Origin: Terriglobia bacterium
GTDB taxonomy: Bacteria > Acidobacteriota > Terriglobia > 20CM-2-55-15
Assembly (NCBI GenBank): GCA_965198225.1
Contig: CBDAOY010000007.1
Location: 288,001 to 352,000 of the forward strand
DNA: 64,000 nucleotides
Direction: 5' to 3'
A model generated the notes under the pieces. That model was not told the DNA's origin, ran no database searches, and saw only the letters and a program-made list of their open reading frames with translations. Below, one piece after another: positions 9,905 through 20,094 of the stretch; the stretch's first letter is position 1, and every line of letters starts with the position of its first letter. Both the position numbers and the translations under genes were made by a program.

Positions 9905-11476
9905 ATGATAGTAAGCCTGTTACTGGCGATGCTGATGGTACCCGCCGTCGACGCCCTGGTGGCCGATGCGGCCATGCGGGGGGATTTGGGTCAGGTGCGG
10001 TCGCTGCTGGCCGAGAACGCGGACGTGAACCAAGCCCAGGGGGACGGCACCACCGCGCTTCACTGGGCCGCCTACCGTGACGATTCGGAGATGGCACAGG
10101 TGCTGCTCGATGCGGGCGCCACCGTGGGAACCAAGACCCGGAACGGCGACTTTACGCCTCTCTTTATGGCTGCCCGGAACGGGAGCGCGGCGATCATCGA
10201 GCTTCTGCTGGACGGCGGATCCGACCTGAATGCTCCAAATACAGCCGGAACCACCCCGCTCATGCTGGCAGCAGCGGCAGGGAAGCCCGATGCCGTCCAG
10301 TTGTTGCTGGAACGTGGAGCCGACGTGGCGGCCAGGGACACGATCAACGGTCAGACTGCCGCGATGTTTGCGGCGGCGACGAACTCCGGTGCAGCGATCA
10401 AGGTTCTGGTCGAGCACGGCGCGGACCTCAACGCCGTTTCGAACGTCCTCCATCCCCGGAACCGGAGTGAAGACCTGGACTTTACTGACAGGGACAGGCG
10501 GCAGAATCGCGGGCCGTGGCTTGGAGGGTTGACGCCCTTGCACTTTGCCGCCCGGGAAGGCCAGATGGACGCGGTCCGTCAACTCGTGGCTTCAGGAGCG
10601 GACGTCAACGTCGTGGCCACTACAGATCAAACTCCTGCGATGACGACGGCTATCATTAACGGCCACTTCGACATCGGGAAGTTCCTGCTCGACAACGGGG
10701 CCGATCCGAACCTTGCGAACTCCGGTGATCTGACCGCCTTGTTTGCCACGATCGACCAGGGTTGGGTGGCCAGAACCTGGTATCCGGGTGCGAATTCCGA
10801 GCAGGAGACGGTGGGCCATCTTGAGTTGATGGAAGCCCTACTGACCGCCGGCGCCGATCCGAACGGGCGAATGGGTCCGAAGTTGTGGTTCCGGACGTTC
10901 CATGGGGACTGGGTGGACTCGGACGGTGCGACAGCTTTCTGGCGCGCCGCACAATCGAATGACATCCCGGCGATGCGCCTCCTGGTTTCGGAGGGCGCGG
11001 ATCCGAGCATCCCGACCAGACCCGGGGGTTCACCACTCCAGGTCGCCGCCGGCTTCGGCTACCAGCCCCAGACCAGCAACTTTGCGCCGGACGCGCGGCT
11101 CGCGACCATGAAGTACCTGGTGGAAGAGCTCGGCGCCGATGTCAATGTGAAGGACGATAAAGGCTACACGCCTCTGCACGGCGCGGCGCTGATGGACGAC
11201 CTGGAGTTGATCGACTACCTCGTTTCCAAAGGCGCCGACGTGACAGCCCGTGCGAGCCACATCTACGGTCGGAACGACGATACGAACGAGAACGTCGAAG
11301 AGGGCATGGGGGACAGCGTCGCGGATTTTGCGAATGGTCCGCGAGAGTGGAACCTGCAGTATCCCGACATCGTCGACCACCTTCTGGAAATGGGCTCGGA
11401 CTTTACTGACGATTGCAAAGCGGCTCAATGCACTCAGAAGACGCGTCCGGAGCGCTTCCCTAAGAACAATAACTAA
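9905..11476 (+). CDS. Secreted ankyrin-repeat protein
   Basis: Multiple GxTPLHxAA / TALHWAA repeats; signal peptide. Confidence 0.9.
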   Translation: MIVSLLLAMLMVPAVDALVADAAMRGDLGQVRSLLAENADVNQAQGDGTTALHWAAYRDDSEMAQVLLDAGATVGTKTRNGDFTPLFMAARNGSAAIIELLLDGGSDLNAPNTAGTTPLMLAAAAGKPDAVQLLLERGADVAARDTINGQTAAMFAAATNSGAAIKVLVEHGADLNAVSNVLHPRNRSEDLDFTDRDRRQNRGPWLGGLTPLHFAAREGQMDAVRQLVASGADVNVVATTDQTPAMTTAIINGHFDIGKFLLDNGADPNLANSGDLTALFATIDQGWVARTWYPGANSEQETVGHLELMEALLTAGADPNGRMGPKLWFRTFHGDWVDSDGATAFWRAAQSNDIPAMRLLVSEGADPSIPTRPGGSPLQVAAGFGYQPQTSNFAPDARLATMKYLVEELGADVNVKDDKGYTPLHGAALMDDLELIDYLVSKGADVTARASHIYGRNDDTNENVEEGMGDSVADFANGPREWNLQYPDIVDHLLEMGSDFTDDCKAAQCTQKTRPERFPKNNN

Positions 11477-11481
11477 TGATC

Positions 11482-11841
11482 TGTAGGTGCGGTCTATGAC
11501 CGCACATTGTTTCAGGCGGGCCCCGACGGCCCGCCTTTTTTCTCGCCCGTACCCGCCCGCTTCGCGAAAGGTGCAGGTGCGGTCTATGACCGCACATCCC
11601 TCGGACCGAAACAACGTGCGCTCATACAAGCTGTGAACGAATGCCATCTGTTTGAGAATCGGGTGGCGGGGTTTTTCACGAAGAACGTGCGATCCTCAAG
11701 TGTAGGTGCGCTCTATGAGCGCACAAATGCCCGGGGGACCACAAGTTGTGCGGTCATAGACCGCACCTACAAGTGAAAAGCCCCGCCACCCGATTTTCCG
11801 TTCCCATAATTCGTTCACAGCTTCATAGAGCGCACCTACAC
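11482..11841. repeat. Cluster of GTAG-type REP palindromes with nested MITE
   Basis: TGTAGGTGCGGTCTATGACCGCACA / TGTAGGTGCGCTCTATGAGCGCACA variants at 11482, 11572, 11701 and 11747, plus one split copy at 11616/11825. Confidence 0.85.
11627..11824. mobile_element. ~200-bp MITE inserted in a REP
   Basis: Ends AAGCTGTGAACGAAT / ATTCGTTCACAGCTT; inner IR AATCGGGTGGCGGGG; removing it restores GTGCGCTCATAGAGCGCACCTACA. Confidence 0.65.
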
Positions 11842-11868
11842 CTCGATCAGGACTCGTACCCGCCTGTC

Positions 11869-12768
11869 TCACCACAGCAGTTTTCTTGATGACGCAAAGC
11901 TCCGCGGTTTTCCGCTCAGCGGATCGACGAACGACAATCGCTTCGCCAGGAGTTGAAGCGGTGGATCTCCTTCCCGTTTGTCCGTGGCGTTGGGATAGAG
12001 AGCATCACCGACGATCCCAAATCCGATAGACGCCATGTGCACCCGGATCTGGTGTTTCCTCCCGGTCTTCGAGCGGATCCGGAAGAGCCCAACATCTTCT
12101 CGCACGTCGAGGAGTTCGATGTCCGTGATCGCGTTCGCCGCTCCATCGACGATCTGCCGTCGATACCAGGGATCGCCTTCCTCGATCCGGTTTTCCACGA
12201 TCCATTTCTTCTGGTCCGGGGCGTCGACAAGGCGGGCCACGGCAAGATACTCCCTATCGAGGGTGCCCTCTGCGAAGAGCCGGTGGTAATGATGCCGGGC
12301 AGCCCGCTTGACGATGAGCAGGACAACTCCCGCAGTGTCCCGGTCGAGCCGATGGGCCGGCGTGAGCGTGCCGAGTCCGGTGCTCCTCTGCAGGCGGACC
12401 AGTAACGAACGCTCCACGTGGTCCCCGGCCGGTGTCACGACCATCCCGTGCGGCTTGTCGGCAACCAGAATTTCCTCATCCCGGTACAGGACCACCTCCT
12501 CATCGAGCGGATCCGGCTCCGAGGGGACCTCCTTGCGGTAGAAGATCGTGACGCCGTGGCGATAAGCAGAATCTTCCCGCACCCTCGTCCCGTCGTCGCG
12601 CGTCACGAGACCGCGCGTGACTCGCTCACGCCAGATGTGTGGGGCCACCTGCGGAAAATGCTCGATCAGGTGCGCGAGGATGGTTGCCGGGGGAGACTCG
12701 ATCTTGGGGAGATGGAGCCGGGATGGCGGGGGGAGGAAACCGTGGTCGGGATTGGGGTCGTTGTTCAT
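11869..12768 (-). CDS. RluA-family pseudouridine synthase
   Basis: DKPHG, HRLDRDTAG (catalytic Asp), TGRKHQIRVH and GDALY motifs; start taken at MNNDP. Confidence 0.9.
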   Translation of the reverse strand: MNNDPNPDHGFLPPPSRLHLPKIESPPATILAHLIEHFPQVAPHIWRERVTRGLVTRDDGTRVREDSAYRHGVTIFYRKEVPSEPDPLDEEVVLYRDEEILVADKPHGMVVTPAGDHVERSLLVRLQRSTGLGTLTPAHRLDRDTAGVVLLIVKRAARHHYHRLFAEGTLDREYLAVARLVDAPDQKKWIVENRIEEGDPWYRRQIVDGAANAITDIELLDVREDVGLFRIRSKTGRKHQIRVHMASIGFGIVGDALYPNATDKREGDPPLQLLAKRLSFVDPLSGKPRSFASSRKLLW

Positions 12769-12785
12769 GCGAGCGTTTGGATCGT

Positions 12786-13949
12786 TCAAACCCGCTGTGC
12801 GTCCTTCCGATTGCTTCCCGCCACGAGCTTGTACTCGAAAAGCCGGCAGTCGAGCGCGCCGTTGAACAGGGGTGTACGTCTCGACGCGCTCAGCCGGATC
12901 AGCCTGGGCAGGCGCATGTCGGCGGAGAAGATGTAGGCTCTCCATCCGCTGTAGTTTTTCTTCAGTACATCGCCCAGCCGGGGATAGAACCTGGCCAGCC
13001 GCTTCTGCTCGTCCATGCGTACGCCGTAGGGCGGGTTCGTGACGATGATTCCGGACGGCGCCGGCGCCGGCATCTCCAGAACATCGGCTTTTCGGAGGCG
13101 GACCACTTGTTTCATGCCGAGGGCAGCGAGATTGGCGCGTGCCCGACGCACTGCATCGCCGTCGCGGTCGCTTCCGTAGATGGTCTGCGCCATTGTTCTC
13201 TCTTCGCGAGTTCGCACGCGGTAACGCAGCTCCTTCCAGGCTCTGCGGTCATGGCATTTGAGCTTCTCAAAGCCGAAACTGCGGTTCGCGCCCGGAGCGA
13301 TGTTACCGGCAATCATGGCGGCTTCGGTCAGAAGCGTGCCGCTCCCGCACATCGGGTCGAGCAGCGGGATTCCCGGCTCCCAACCGCTGAGGCGCAGGAT
13401 GCCGGCGGCGAGGTTCTCCCGCATCGGCGCCTCGCCTCCGGCGGCGCGGTATCCGCGCATGAACAGCGGATCGCCCGAAGTGTCGAGATAGAGTGTCAAG
13501 TCGCCGGCGCTCAGGAAGGCATGGATGCGGACGTCGGGGTCGCGGGTGTCGACATCGGGTCGTCTTCTGGTGGCGGCCCGAAACACGTCGCAGATGGCAT
13601 CCTTGATCCGCAGTGTCGCGAAATCGAGGCTCTTCAGGGGGCTCTTGATCGCAGCCACGTTCACTCGAATGGTACGCTGGGGGCCGAACCAGTCCGGCCA
13701 CGGCAGCCCATGTGCGATCTGATATATGTCCCGCTCGCTGCGGTAGCGGCCGTGACCGATTTGCCAGAGCACCCGGCTCGCGATGCGGCTTTCGAGATTG
13801 ATCGTGTAGCACGTCAGGTAGGGGCCGCTGAACTCGACACCGCCCTTGAGGGCCTGGACGCTCTCCGCAGCAAGCGTCTCCAACTCCCGGGCAAGTGTGG
13901 TTTCGAGGCCGCGCGGGCAGGGTGCGAAGAAATGCTCTGTCGTACTCAC
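12786..13949 (-). CDS. rlmL: THUMP-domain rRNA m2G methyltransferase (RlmL-like)
   Basis: LESRIASRVL, LDTSGDPLFMRGYR, DPMCGSGT and NPPYG motifs. Confidence 0.85.
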   Translation of the reverse strand: MSTTEHFFAPCPRGLETTLARELETLAAESVQALKGGVEFSGPYLTCYTINLESRIASRVLWQIGHGRYRSERDIYQIAHGLPWPDWFGPQRTIRVNVAAIKSPLKSLDFATLRIKDAICDVFRAATRRRPDVDTRDPDVRIHAFLSAGDLTLYLDTSGDPLFMRGYRAAGGEAPMRENLAAGILRLSGWEPGIPLLDPMCGSGTLLTEAAMIAGNIAPGANRSFGFEKLKCHDRRAWKELRYRVRTREERTMAQTIYGSDRDGDAVRRARANLAALGMKQVVRLRKADVLEMPAPAPSGIIVTNPPYGVRMDEQKRLARFYPRLGDVLKKNYSGWRAYIFSADMRLPRLIRLSASRRTPLFNGALDCRLFEYKLVAGSNRKDAQRV

Positions 13950-13952
13950 TGT

Positions 13953-14178
13953 TGATTCTTGAATTCTAGTTCCCCAGCGTGACTAGCTGACGCGGGTCTC
14001 TGCCAGCTGGGGACGAAGGCCACGGATTACACAGATTGCACGGACAGGAAGAAGCCTGTGGTCTGCTGTCCGAAAGGCCACTGCCTGATCCGATAAATCC
14101 GCGTAATCCGTGGCCGGATTTATCCGCTGATTCTCGAATTCTAGTTTCCCGCGTGACTAACCTGACACGGGTCTCGGC
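13953..14178. repeat. ~50-bp imperfect direct repeat flanking a hairpin
   Basis: TGATTCT(T/C)GAATTCTAGTT...GCGTGACTA...CGGGTCTC at 13953 and 14128; inner IR GGCCACGGATTAC / GTAATCCGTGGCC. Confidence 0.7.
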
Positions 14179-14237
14179 TCATCCGTTATACTTTCTGAAT
14201 ATTAGCGAACTGTCTCTATGAATCTTTCACGGTTAAG

Positions 14238-14765
14238 GTGGCATCCATGTCTGCACTGAAGTTTTCCCATCTTCCCGATACTGCCCGAGTCTGGATCTAC
14301 GGCGCGGAGCAACCCTTGACTGAGGACCAGGTCCGTGGGCTCGATGGTCACATGGGGCAGTTTCTGGCCCAGTGGCATTCCCACGAACGTCCGGTCACGC
14401 CCGCCTGGCAGCTCGAGCATGACCGGTTTGTCATCATCGGCGCCGACGAATCGGCGGCGGGCCTGTCGGGGTGCTCCATCGACAGCATGGTCCGAAACCT
14501 GAAAGACTTCGACAACTCGACGGGACTGAATTTCCTCGGCACCGGCGGCCAGGTGTTCTACAGAGATGCTGCCGGCTCGATTCAGTGCGTGGACCGACCG
14601 GCCTTTGCCCATCTTGCAACCCAGGGCGCGATCGATGGCCAGACTGTCGTGTTCAACAATGTCATCGGGACCGTCGGCGAATTCCGTGCCGGGCGATGGG
14701 AAATTCCGATGCGGGATTCCTGGCACATGGATGTCTTCGGCAAGTCCCTAGCGTCCTCGTCCTGA
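14238..14765 (+). CDS. Conserved hypothetical protein (SGCSIDS motif)
   Basis: ARVWIY, WHSH and SGCSIDS motifs; resembles an uncharacterised family I recall from Bacteroidota. Confidence 0.7.
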   Translation: MASMSALKFSHLPDTARVWIYGAEQPLTEDQVRGLDGHMGQFLAQWHSHERPVTPAWQLEHDRFVIIGADESAAGLSGCSIDSMVRNLKDFDNSTGLNFLGTGGQVFYRDAAGSIQCVDRPAFAHLATQGAIDGQTVVFNNVIGTVGEFRAGRWEIPMRDSWHMDVFGKSLASSS

Positions 14766-14841
14766 ACGCGAACAGAATCCCATCGAGAACTCTGCAGTTC
14801 GATTTAGCAGCCGGATGCTAATGCTGCCTCAAGGCACTGGC

Positions 14842-15468
14842 TCACCCAGCTGACAATGGGCCGGCATCCTTCGCGAAGCGTTTGTGAAGCCCCGCAGTCG
14901 TGAGATGCGGTGGAAGATGTCCGACGTCGTTGTAGCATTCCACCCACATCCGCCCGTTGGCTTCGATGGTAACGGCGCTGATACCGCAGTTCAACGTTCG
15001 CAGATTCAACCAAGCGTAGTCGGGTGCCGCAAGCGCGCGACAAGTCAGATACCGGATCAAGTTGCCGTGAGAGACGATGATTTCGTGCTTATCCCGCCCG
15101 CGAGCGGGTCTGAAGTGTCTGGCAAAGGCCGCTTCCGCCTGCGCCCTTCCAGCCTCGATAACCTCTGGTGGGATGCGGGCGAAGACCGATGGGGGGGGCA
15201 CATGGTTGGGCATAGACGGGGTACACTCGCGAAGCGTTCGACTCTTTTCGTGACCGATCCCCTCAAACTCGCCGCGAATGATCTCGGCCGTTTCGACCGC
15301 TCGCCGTAAGTCGCTGGAGTATATGGCCGTGGCGGGCAGGGTTCGGAGTCTCCTGGCCGTCAGTCGGGCCTGCTTCCGTCCGCGACGCGTCAACCCCTTG
15401 TGGGGGGTTGGCTGATCGTCCCAATCATATTCACCATGCCGGATGAGGTAGAGGGTTCGCGTCGCCAT
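14842..15468 (-). CDS. Histidine phosphatase (PGAM5-like)
   Basis: LYLIRHGEY, SSDLRRAVETA, SHGNLIR and NDVGHL motifs. Confidence 0.9.
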   Translation of the reverse strand: MATRTLYLIRHGEYDWDDQPTPHKGLTRRGRKQARLTARRLRTLPATAIYSSDLRRAVETAEIIRGEFEGIGHEKSRTLRECTPSMPNHVPPPSVFARIPPEVIEAGRAQAEAAFARHFRPARGRDKHEIIVSHGNLIRYLTCRALAAPDYAWLNLRTLNCGISAVTIEANGRMWVECYNDVGHLPPHLTTAGLHKRFAKDAGPLSAG

Positions 15469-15762
15469 GCGCTCTCCTTTTCTTCTCGAGATGATGTCAG
15501 CAGGAAGCTGTCAGGATGGTACCCCGAAAGCTCGCATGACATGTAATTGCACCGGTGTGGACCCCAACCTCTCTTCCCGCTCCAGGAATAAGAAAAATCA
15601 CTCTTATTCTTTTGTGCTTACCTGCGGCTATAATCCCGGAATCGCCAATTTTGTTCGCGTCTCAGGTACCTCGCCTGAGGGCACCTACGTCTGTGACGCC
15701 GATCGGCGATATATCGCAGCCAGCAGCCTTCTGCCACGGGCCGCTCACATTCAGGAGGAAAG

Positions 15763-17844
15763 ATGTCGCGAAGATTCATAACCCTGAGCCTGACTTTCAT
15801 GTTATTCGCCGGACTCACGGCGGTGGCGACCGAGCGGCCGGGCCAGGACCTCGATACCAGCAACGGGGAGTGGCCGCACTACACGGCAGACATAGCAGGC
15901 AGCAAGTATTCGCCCCTGGACCAGATCAATGCCGACAACTTCGATAAGCTCGAGGTCGCGTGGAGCTTCAAGACCGACAGTTTTGGGCCGCGGCCCGAGA
16001 ACAAGCTGGAAGGGACCCCGTTGATGGTCAACGGAGTGGTCTACACGACCGCGGGCACGCGCCGGGCAGCCGTGGCTCTCGACGCGGAGACTGGCGAGTT
16101 GCTCTGGGCGTACCGGATGGATGAAGGGCGTCGGGCGGATATGGCGCCGAGGAAACTTTCCGGGCGCGGCCTTGCCTACTGGACCGACGGCCAGGGCGAC
16201 GAGCGCATCATCCTGGTCACGATCGGCTACAGGATGGTGGCCCTTGACGCCAAGACCGGCATACCCGTTCCCTCGTTCGGTCGCGACGGCGTCGTCGATC
16301 TGAAAGTCGGTGTCATCATCGGCAAGGACAAACAGGTCGATCTCGAGATGGGTGAAGTCGGCCTGCACTCGACCGCCGCCATAGTCGGCGACAAGATCAT
16401 CGTTGGCTCATCGATGGCGGAAGGCCTGGGATACCGGTACAGCATCAATGCAAAGGGCGTCGTCCGTGCCTTCGACGCCAGGAGCGGCGACCTGCTCTGG
16501 GGCTTCGACGGCGTTCCCGGTCCGGGACAATTCGGGAACGACACCTGGGAGGGCGGCTCCTGGGAGTGGACCGGCAACAATGGCGTATGGACCGAAATCA
16601 CGGTCGATCCCGAGGCCGGAATCGCCTACCTGCCCATCGAGACCCCGACGATCGACGAGTACGGAGGAAATCGGCTGGGTGACAACCTGTTCGCCGAAAC
16701 CCTCGTCGCGGTCGACCTCGAGAGCGGTGAGCGGCTGTGGCACTTCCAGCTCGTGCACCATCCGATCTGGGACCATGATATCTCTGCGGCGCCCCTGCTG
16801 ATGGACGTGACGATCGACGGCCGCGACCGCAAGATCGTGGCTCAGCCCGGAAAGCAGGGCTGGCTCTACGTGTTCGACCGGATTACGGGAGAACCGATCT
16901 GGCCGATCCCCGAGGTGCCCGTCCCTCAGACCGACGTCCCGGGCGAGAAGACCGCGCCGACCCAGCCCATGCCGACCAAACCACCGCCGTATTCGCGAAC
17001 CCACCTGGAGATAGATGACCTCATCGACTTCACGCCGGAGCTGCGGGCGCGGGCTCTGGAGAACCTGAAGAAGTACCGCTGGGAACCCATCGCCTACATT
17101 CCCCACGTGGGTCCGGACAGCGAGTACCTCGGAGCGGTCAACGTCGGCACCACGCTCGGTGGCATCAACTGGCCGGGAGCCTCGTTCGACCCGGAAACCG
17201 GCATTTTTTACGGGCAGGCCCACAACTCCCAGATCCGGGCGACCAAGTTCACCCAGGAATACTTCGACACCGTCAAACCTGAGACGCAGGCCGCCAACCG
17301 CATCCCGATATGGGAGGACGAGCGGGAAGAGGTCCGAGGTCGCAGGGGGCGTCGAGGTCGTCGCGGACCCCGTCTGAACGACGGGTTGGAAGGCCTGTCC
17401 ATCGTGAAACCGCCGTACGGTGTGCTGACCGCACTCGATCTCAACACGGGTGAGCGTGTGTTCCAGGTGCCGCATGGAGACACGACTGACGACGTTCGGG
17501 CGAACCTGGAGCGGCTCGGCCTGGAAGTTCCCGAAAAGGCCGGACAAGGTTACAGCGTCGGGCTCATAGTGACGAAAACCCTGGTCATCCTCGGCGATCC
17601 CCGCGTCACGTCGCCCCCGGGTCGGGAGCGTGGGGCTATGCTTCGCGCTTACGACAAGCAGACCGGCGAGGAAGTCGGAGCCGTCTGGATGCCGGCCCAG
17701 CAGAGCGGTTCGCCCATGACCTACATGGTCAACGGACGCCAGTACATCATCGTGGCGGTCAGCGGTGGGAGTTACTCGGGCGAGTACATCGCCTTCACCC
17801 TGCCGGACGAAGAGATCACCGGCGCGGGAGGTGGTCTGCAGTAA
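15763..17844 (+). CDS. PQQ-dependent dehydrogenase (glucose/quinate dehydrogenase-like), secreted
   Basis: YSPLDQIN, WHFQLVHHPIWDHD, Trp-docking repeats and SPMTYMVNGRQY. Confidence 0.9.
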   Translation: MSRRFITLSLTFMLFAGLTAVATERPGQDLDTSNGEWPHYTADIAGSKYSPLDQINADNFDKLEVAWSFKTDSFGPRPENKLEGTPLMVNGVVYTTAGTRRAAVALDAETGELLWAYRMDEGRRADMAPRKLSGRGLAYWTDGQGDERIILVTIGYRMVALDAKTGIPVPSFGRDGVVDLKVGVIIGKDKQVDLEMGEVGLHSTAAIVGDKIIVGSSMAEGLGYRYSINAKGVVRAFDARSGDLLWGFDGVPGPGQFGNDTWEGGSWEWTGNNGVWTEITVDPEAGIAYLPIETPTIDEYGGNRLGDNLFAETLVAVDLESGERLWHFQLVHHPIWDHDISAAPLLMDVTIDGRDRKIVAQPGKQGWLYVFDRITGEPIWPIPEVPVPQTDVPGEKTAPTQPMPTKPPPYSRTHLEIDDLIDFTPELRARALENLKKYRWEPIAYIPHVGPDSEYLGAVNVGTTLGGINWPGASFDPETGIFYGQAHNSQIRATKFTQEYFDTVKPETQAANRIPIWEDEREEVRGRRGRRGRRGPRLNDGLEGLSIVKPPYGVLTALDLNTGERVFQVPHGDTTDDVRANLERLGLEVPEKAGQGYSVGLIVTKTLVILGDPRVTSPPGRERGAMLRAYDKQTGEEVGAVWMPAQQSGSPMTYMVNGRQYIIVAVSGGSYSGEYIAFTLPDEEITGAGGGLQ

Positions 17845-17957
17845 GTCGGAGGTCAGGACAGGCGGGCGGTTCTCAATGGTGTCCCGCACCACCCGCCGTT
17901 CCCATTTGAACGTAATCCGCGAGCACAGTCATTCGGCGGAAGCGTTGAGGAGAAGCC

Positions 17958-18911
17958 ATGAAACCTTTTGTCGCGATTCTTGTGATCACCCTCGGCCTGG
18001 TCGCCGCAGATCCGGGGCTGCTGGGCGAGACAGAACAACGCGGACGTGGGCAGGGCAGAGGGGGCCAGCCTCAACCGCCCCGGCGTCTGGCGTGGGTGGA
18101 TCGAACCGGGGAGGTTCAGGGCAACGTCGGCCCACAGATGACCTCGATCCTGGACCCGTCGATCTCGCCTGACGGCACCAAGGTAGCGGTCCGCGGAAGG
18201 GAAAACCAGGGCGAAACTGACGCCCTCTGGATCCTCGAAGGTGAGACCAAGCGGCGCGTCACAACCAACGAGGGCGCCGAACGTCACATGATCTGGTCGC
18301 CGGACGGCCGACGTATTCTGTACTCGCTGCAAAACCAGGGCGGGGTGTCGAATCTGTACATCCGCAACGCCGACGGAAGCGGAGAAGACCAGCCGCTGGT
18401 CGTCAGCGAGGGAATACACAAGTGGTATCCCTCATGGTCTCCCGATGCTGGAACCGTCGTCTTCCACACGAACGACCCGGAGACGCAGGCAAGGGATCTC
18501 GGGTTCGTCAACGTCGCCAGCGGCACGACCGGAATCCTCGTCGGCGATCCCGAAATCCAGGCGCTTGCCCGGATGTCTCTCGACGGGCGTTTCGTAGCCT
18601 ACCAGTCGAACCAGGATGGCCAGATGGAGATCTACGTCACGACCTTTCCGAGATCCGAGCAGAGGTGGAAGGTTTCCCCAAACGGGGGAACCTGGGCCAA
18701 GTGGAGCACGAATGAACTTTTCTACTGGGAGGGAAACACTCTCATGGCCGTCGAGTTCAGCGATGAGGGCGGTTTCACTGCCGGGACGCCTCAGAAGTTG
18801 TTCACCGGCGCACAGGCCGGCATGGGCGCCAACAACATGACCTCATACAATCCGGAATACGACGTCACTCCAGACGGGACCCGATTCATCGTCTCGCAAC
18901 GCGTGAACTGA
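17958..18911 (+). CDS. Secreted TolB-like/PD40 beta-propeller protein
   Basis: SPDG repeats; similar to the C-terminal part of the kinase-TolB proteins in this window. Confidence 0.8.
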   Translation: MKPFVAILVITLGLVAADPGLLGETEQRGRGQGRGGQPQPPRRLAWVDRTGEVQGNVGPQMTSILDPSISPDGTKVAVRGRENQGETDALWILEGETKRRVTTNEGAERHMIWSPDGRRILYSLQNQGGVSNLYIRNADGSGEDQPLVVSEGIHKWYPSWSPDAGTVVFHTNDPETQARDLGFVNVASGTTGILVGDPEIQALARMSLDGRFVAYQSNQDGQMEIYVTTFPRSEQRWKVSPNGGTWAKWSTNELFYWEGNTLMAVEFSDEGGFTAGTPQKLFTGAQAGMGANNMTSYNPEYDVTPDGTRFIVSQRVN

Positions 18912-18950
18912 TTTCCGCAGGCGCGGGGAAACGCTTTCACGATAATCGGG

Positions 18951-18974
18951 TGTAGGTGCGCTCTATGAGCGCAC
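18951..18974. repeat. GTAG-type REP palindrome
   Basis: TGTAGGTGCGCTCTATGAGCGCAC. Confidence 0.8.
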
Positions 18975-19048
18975 CCTAGCGGGCAAAATGCTGCTGGCAA
19001 GTCCGTCAGCTACATCTACCAAGCGTTTGAAGCTGCTCGAGCTGATTC

Positions 19049-19357
19049 CTAAGGCTCAGAAGCTGCGCCCAAGATTGCGGCACCCGTTAGCAGCTCCGAC
19101 ACCGCAACTATAGTGCGAGAACGCGTGGTAATAATGAAGTTCCCGTTACCGTCGATGCTGCTCTCATCGATCGTCTCGGGGTCGCCGGCCGTGACGGTAA
19201 GGGCTGTTGCGGTGATAGCCGATCCTGAATCTTTCCTGGACTTGTCGGACTTCTTCGATGACCCGGCCGCGAGAAGTTCACTGGCAGTCGGAAACTGCAG
19301 GCTCGCCGCCATCACGATGGCCAGCAGCATGAAAATACACAACCGTCGAATCCACAT
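19049..19357 (-). CDS. Small secreted hypothetical protein, possibly truncated
   Basis: AGGAGG RBS, signal peptide, Ser/Lys-rich linker. Confidence 0.5.
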   Translation of the reverse strand: MWIRRLCIFMLLAIVMAASLQFPTASELLAAGSSKKSDKSRKDSGSAITATALTVTAGDPETIDESSIDGNGNFIITTRSRTIVAVSELLTGAAILGAASEP

Positions 19358-20094
19358 GACTGTCCTCCTTCTGGATTTCCCTCCGATTTTTCCGGTGCGT
19401 ATCCCTGACTAACATGGGGCCCGGTAGGAGCAGAAGACAAAAGAGGACTTTTCTTTTCCCGTTCTTCACAATTTGGGGGACCTCCGAGCATTTGCAGACC
19501 TGCTTCCTCTGGGTTTGCTTTTTCACCGTTTGTTCCAGGGATCGTCAAATGGTCCGGCCCATGCGCGGTGTGCAGTTGTCATGTGCGCCGTTCGCGTGTC
19601 CCAGACAACGCTTCGGTCATTCGGATGCCGGGTTCCCCTATCAAACACAGCGTCTTTTATTGCTTATGCGGCGTCCGCTCATCGAAAACCGCTGTACACG
19701 AGGAATGGACGAGCAAAACGATAAAAAACAAAGGAGAGTGCACTCGTCTTTTCATCTCATCGATTTCTACTTTCAAAGAATCGGTTGCACGGCTGAGAAA
19801 AGCGGTGGGCAGCTTCAGAATTTGCGAAGTGACTTTCAAAGTTCGAGCATGACCTTCAAGATCCGCTTCACGACATTCCGGAATCGCCGCTATCGGGGAC
19901 CGTTTGGCCGATAAGTAAAACAAGCGGGGTTCTGCTGTGCAGGGGGTGGCAAGTCGCACGGCGGAACTGTCGCCGTTGGACTGTTATGTTGAGGTGCAGG
20001 AGGCAGAAGACTGGACTCAGACGAAGAATCGCGCCGCCAAGAAGAATCGCACGGGCCGAAGCACAAGAATCCCGCGAGGGCTTTTGAGCGGTCG

